Positions 63,601 to 64,000 of a stretch of 64,000 nucleotides of DNA are shown here, in pieces. The position numbers and the translations under genes are program-made. The stretch lies in the IMG/VR virus record IMGVR_UViG_2721755344_000003, positions 1 through 64,000 of that record. One strand, given 5' to 3'. The notes beneath the pieces are model-generated. The model did no database searches and was not told the origin of the DNA. It worked only from the letters and a program-made list of their open reading frames with translations. Positions within the stretch are counted from its first letter, which is position 1; every line of letters starts with the position of its first letter. The DNA comes from a virus (taxonomy: Duplodnaviria > Caudoviricetes).

Positions 63601-64000
63601 TCTGTCCAATATTGACTTGACTTTTGAAGTGTACCCGAACTATCAAATCCTTCTATTGGATTATTACTTATACCTTCATTAACTCCATCAAGGATCATTG
63701 CATCAGTCTCTCTTGCATCTGTATTATTTGTCTTTGGTAATTTAAAGTTTATAGTATTTAACTCATCCTCTTCGGTTTGTTCCCTTCCAACTTTATCAAC
63801 AGTATTTTCTAATTGATCTTTCCAATTATTAAGAATATCATTGACACTGAAATTTGCATAAGGAACATGAATCTCTTTAACATCAGTGACAAGAAGATCT
63901 TCATCTGCTTCTGCAACGACAGGAACCTTACCGGTCTTCTCTATATTCAAAGGCCAATAAAGTTTATTTAACATACTCTGAACTGCATTAAAATAACCAG
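51654..64000 (-). CDS. Giant crAss-like virion RNA polymerase polyprotein (5' partial, at least 4114 aa)
   Basis: DFDID catalytic motif at 58979-58965, preceded by RIPSHGLQS. The frame stays open upstream of the ORF-track Met (GYFNAVQS-MLNK) to the window edge. SLOG-like and HELQH domains follow the polymerase core. Confidence 0.88.
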   Translation of the reverse strand, partial: GYFNAVQSMLNKLYWPLNIEKTGKVPVVAEADEDLLVTDVKEIHVPYANFSVNDILNNWKDQLENTVDKVGREQTEEDELNTINFKLPKTNNTDARETDAMILDGVNEGISNNPIEGFDSSGTLQKSSQYWTDDEDLTENIKNRPVSDYNNYQGLYREFGRAETVHDIRRQIAYNIHRKSHFNNLGKNPVPLNDAISAVENAFKATRRRQLAVVNTNVDKLIGAISPDDLPSLDNESLKQYYYYRLSDEKTIRTFIQSVFPGYNFYRKAFVKWGQDSIQTDHDKVDPEMYKDDIVDWQLTVTEYNEYRHTESGEIEKVKSFDTISPFGEGQRFVNVNDLSRSLKEVADKTKTRLKNDPTLNFTDTFFQELLDLASGAKSNNYKSNNILSFVEKYYGMPFIEGEGVITKTIGSLKEISDRYLNEEDGNLKDRGIDIANLITATINFNKSLIKRTQADLRITGFDPDRFISLRTQEENTEEIIKNEFKTHIVRRVFYPGSQSVVKEIHDALIGDKENKGKVWDIRDDGIYYVGRDKETQVIINRNGKWMFADLPETSRKEMLLHMKSFLGLSHMRQDAFLNMIDNNVPAVRDRLAEKITNLDVSSDTFISDLVAEGFANMFYSIYANIKLSENLKGIHDKYATDTLDIDRRLELGEFTEEEAEKKYKKINKNEEKYKEEARKKIPFQDHMNRFLKKFNLREENLDDINKVVDLEDDEGTINKEILPTPVDFYPFLTALGISESYHRGEDWNRWGTDYVGHIRYNFELSSELKETFAHGSRWIKDQVKKDIVADPSVINTSQFVQMRDGVKEYYNILLDPKSTAEIIRLIDYTSIDQIKATDDPNESDLNTMLISAFADSIQRNRLGQPEKLLIDVGNISDTGRIFLAEFTFDNTGHKHLIEDITRDENGRITGMTINEDLILNAVYKEFQHRARVAQLSQARVTKVLGRNIPFSREWSTKDPKLIERALRELEDITDYEVKGNILQLGRAPVFDDPVFNKQNWSNIQKEWNLNMLNNIFDEEYKNFATKLSHARYKPLSWMKGLSPSESDWYYKTNTGLREGRIMGYNPFFRAFFFASEILKYNMDPLVFADQSHFKSPTDKSKYSGPVNTGGNFLDTDIKYGLSKISKVIYVKDLEDVNPELKKIYKLSDGGNLGNPLWEYLFYQSLGGKYGPIDKTDVKSLYNDVNLTSGKKILHKEAVDFITGDTYNMGIPMRDMFKTMVDHTSMLMSKELGRKIDVFATWKMFYDYTGRNDFAKAIRQTVEYYIDDDEMRDSFKSNLVWKLANRSSVKGAISKINIYNPWNDIYDPLNIKEGKRGLDLLSDDIRNDKIKVVLNPYQDVFDPSRVTPMLQIMSYAGVGNEVNRRAGKEINRLFRTLFINAKREIDDKISEEIVEPGLKGEDRRIAQYEKYLRGVGMDALNEMGQIGNYAELVLNEQISVGIPPLRQKLLQAYRSLITRKAIKPFFSGLRANQVTADYFDVFEKDGIPYSLKEVERDLKMEITRENISQVLSKGYTRRKLHGMRKGEDGTTPGEMVMPFSYMTRFGVKPSESVNDLFTIILNDGLRINIRKMDRSARMNTIAENLPKTDFNATPMVRQFRELEGIFKPDTEVTVDLNNIISWIDNVENTLSAISTRIPSHGLQSAFLGDITFFVNDNGNNTYIPSEQTVYDDTDFDIDQRSVYFYALDENNLVDRSDNAGGIQNAILDQLRTIYLDKINSENIFITSEINNLEEEADKIPRDPRFMRWNSYANHLEMYNISRSGKKAIGILARSMSTIAYMAQLGPAGFSLAPGFLKMFQNLDVAGKESILSKEGDWLVAALDNVKKLILGRFGISLSAVPLLPVLITEGKTVDDIRKFFFHPAIRNVFYDVEAGESASESMRDHLLLDVIDKDIKLYQPLEKKEIEETIKAIDDYNKEIKKIKVDTPKWKDNPLLVDQIEDKISLRNKLEDTLESNDNYSKLKELKSIAVKAEALRRLGTFIGLRNGIIALDFENEMFTFNAQRYTGMTYKDFFGDRNIPPKEWTLDSHMTYYASNSDDYSFFDNDLTHPLRKDIDAEKNRLFKNESDIASQINITEILRNLPQFNEYYREHAEEFEQNMKTFLLNDPEFYKWGMNFLHGQNRSNWGSKKIYYGFFTAITEEILDFHWKSKYSEDRFDLSYPEYYDGHWHKKSTTTNKLNISSGYDRAMYLLQFPYFMEHIINISKLEKSDYDVYWEDIKDIGGFTKEDINAIKNSGFLNRLQLIGRTGQEFFGLRDNFGLSDNDIANLSNDFKMLPKRLQEMFGANNLMATFMRWKKGTISDIMGTMMYFGNKGLSDSMEEFKNMLKHKEFLQAVMDDVGKNFKEYVETRPGMARTIRRSDVIEKKKKMPDVVTSRRQIAGLYWVRSNKRWSNELDAFQFVNPTINRGGFDSGIKMTTISQELLRNLTAKELDEIRKIADKPGKVVKEYFRGHGYKEGSEYITETGEVVKAKDVTPTSVTFVKSDDPLYKKEREQQAMMDLVYREKMKKRGEKEGERYLGITQINSSGQLGEKNALYAARILGIPTGGATAYRYKNESGSDKELKEFGLEPNKTKDLIQSYKESIDLNVRMADGTFLWIEDEKESRVALTRNLIKKYIKPSTTTTDLKTFRKWIVDNNIKILNVAANSESVSPGIGKKIEKFLIEVLAPYEKVQIKKDPAILDKKNDDINDMDLSIDIFKALEARQVDARATTAVIDRLGLVVPGLDIIKETDLTSEQQGYKNHNAWIDNKGIHINTDRMAYDTGLHELQHIWNRIIKIRNPELYVRMHDAIGRYMELNKDFSNAIRRIYLEHGRVLNEEKLRNEMLSIVGGFYTFQKVKSWVINNNVGGYNVALQLWNYFKGLIREIVETVKGFFQNIFGIVTPIVKKPASNIDQLDFANATLGDLFTALADDFVAGNKILDFNDDVNRSIYLAAYGQNGKASDANIPVHNPVNDIKDFASYLNNNTTDQVSMDQLSEEHLINGISNTMRGRTSGGKLIYQVGSQTFSYDDTISDESLKAFIRNSIVPAMNKEEENLPTQLERFITLFKEGHSVVSAGKEAFQGKYNYKVLKDLIHYIGGYDTVVEIIKYSKLKNHKNKYLAGLYNPAFTGYDPYIIVHDIESDGTADVSILDITTKSLSRRRLFLEGSHLTSTIQGAADFTNMGGDMGNSDADIHNIFIGMSAMSMRKSTDNKVRFRNLGSIRVTYGGVESHLVVDLNKLIRNIEVLKKVPSFMNVIENPVIKEVLTDDTLYDMNYIQSWVTRVITYLRDIKDEEGGVLSGNAKIQYEAFIDPSTSNADQIRMLKKMQSDVEQHFGKGWDKAANRYEAQMIAFAIRELETGRLGFVNEIRDMKNLEKWIVNPFDVHNEVLQYSNQNGELAKNITLEKIRQFDHIFFPITEKIIEQYFQSFPADRITSRVRDMGSKYFEHLYKREKLTNQKGEEIEVKLPKIHWSLKDKETQALYNIADPIRRITDTDIEFANLLLDKLEERWIDNIFHQMKQSSFNIGAKGEYKVERKDAEKQFYAQYTRGDIPVITKSINELMLSLKKKNISEAWKKLGLHMANYENLFTDELGRNDNLDQLGNSLHNQLREENRLGSAGLYRDINGKVKVKSEYDNDIMSTNLVDTMIYFMLAGIRKEVYETQFLPAYNNAQAMLSYMEWIIGRDDSLKNTKKFLDLYTQRLAFRKTADEPAQIELFGHKFDVTSVMRSVNRGFTLGMLGFRPVIALKSEIFNTLQSVMTALGTGLVNITSEEEKRYLPSPADNFKAHLIFMKDLQKVRRLALDLQLIESTERDFIDNITVNPTAKNLVTEQMGHFGNRMTDYKARMIGMVSWMLMEGSYDAYSYDNKSGKITYNEIKDLRFYTKDGIKKTEHGEYAILQHIKNNLVKEGVNKPMGHDFTLSNKTLKWYADKYIVGGFTEIDKPLASMTWLGSMISVFRMFSFPRLFNMGLFAKTRQVEYGVGYKAIQDDTGEWIAQKDMLTLEGAWQSIHATMKALTNLKKQNFPEWWNQQSFSRKLNLMKSAVTLAIFSMIVGLFKSWDNDKLEQQFAWIKRDIIIAFTAEDFLQNPIPIVGAIIRLANLTNVSDIGNIGPVRDVRFIQRIRDSID

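Noticed and set aside
1-64000. Stop-codon reassignment (TAG to Gln or TGA to Trp), known in some crAss-like phages
   Set aside because: Code 11 gives dense, long ORFs (4106, 2089 and 689 aa). TAG and TGA both terminate genes with tight coupling to the next start, and no suppressor tRNA was seen.
1-64000. Prophage or integration module
   Set aside because: No integrase, repressor or host chromosomal genes were recognised; the T9SS cassette is embedded in phage genes with coupled boundaries.

Overview
The whole window looks like part of a crAss-like (Crassvirales-related) podophage of a Bacteroidota host. It is AT-rich, has SD-less A-rich leaders and TAnnTTTG promoters, and uses the standard genetic code. 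There are three blocks. (1) 1-25.3 kb, minus strand, late arm: partial portal, large terminase, an LRR protein, a methyltransferase plus GT-A glycosyltransferase pair, a set of beta-helix/LamG/fibre receptor-binding proteins including a 2089-aa Ser/Gly/Thr-rich mosaic fibre, a holin/M15 endolysin cassette, two unannotated protamine-like micro-ORFs and a likely -1 programmed frameshift gene. (2) 25.6-51.6 kb, plus strand, early/replication arm: a host-like T9SS cargo plus DUF1566 lectin cassette, a multi-stem ncRNA candidate followed by a D-stemless tRNA-like element, HNH nucleases, DnaB, an SMC-like ATPase, SSB, a PD-(D/E)XK nuclease, DUF932, a nucleotidyltransferase, RadC/JAB, an SLT enzyme and RusA. 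I recognised no DNA polymerase or primase in this arm. (3) 51.65-64 kb, minus strand: a giant (>4100 aa, open at the window edge) virion RNA polymerase with the DFDID catalytic motif and embedded SLOG-like and HExxH domains. The divergent non-coding junction at 25.3-25.6 kb carries operator/iteron-like repeats and G-tracts. All family assignments come from motif recognition by eye; no database search was run.
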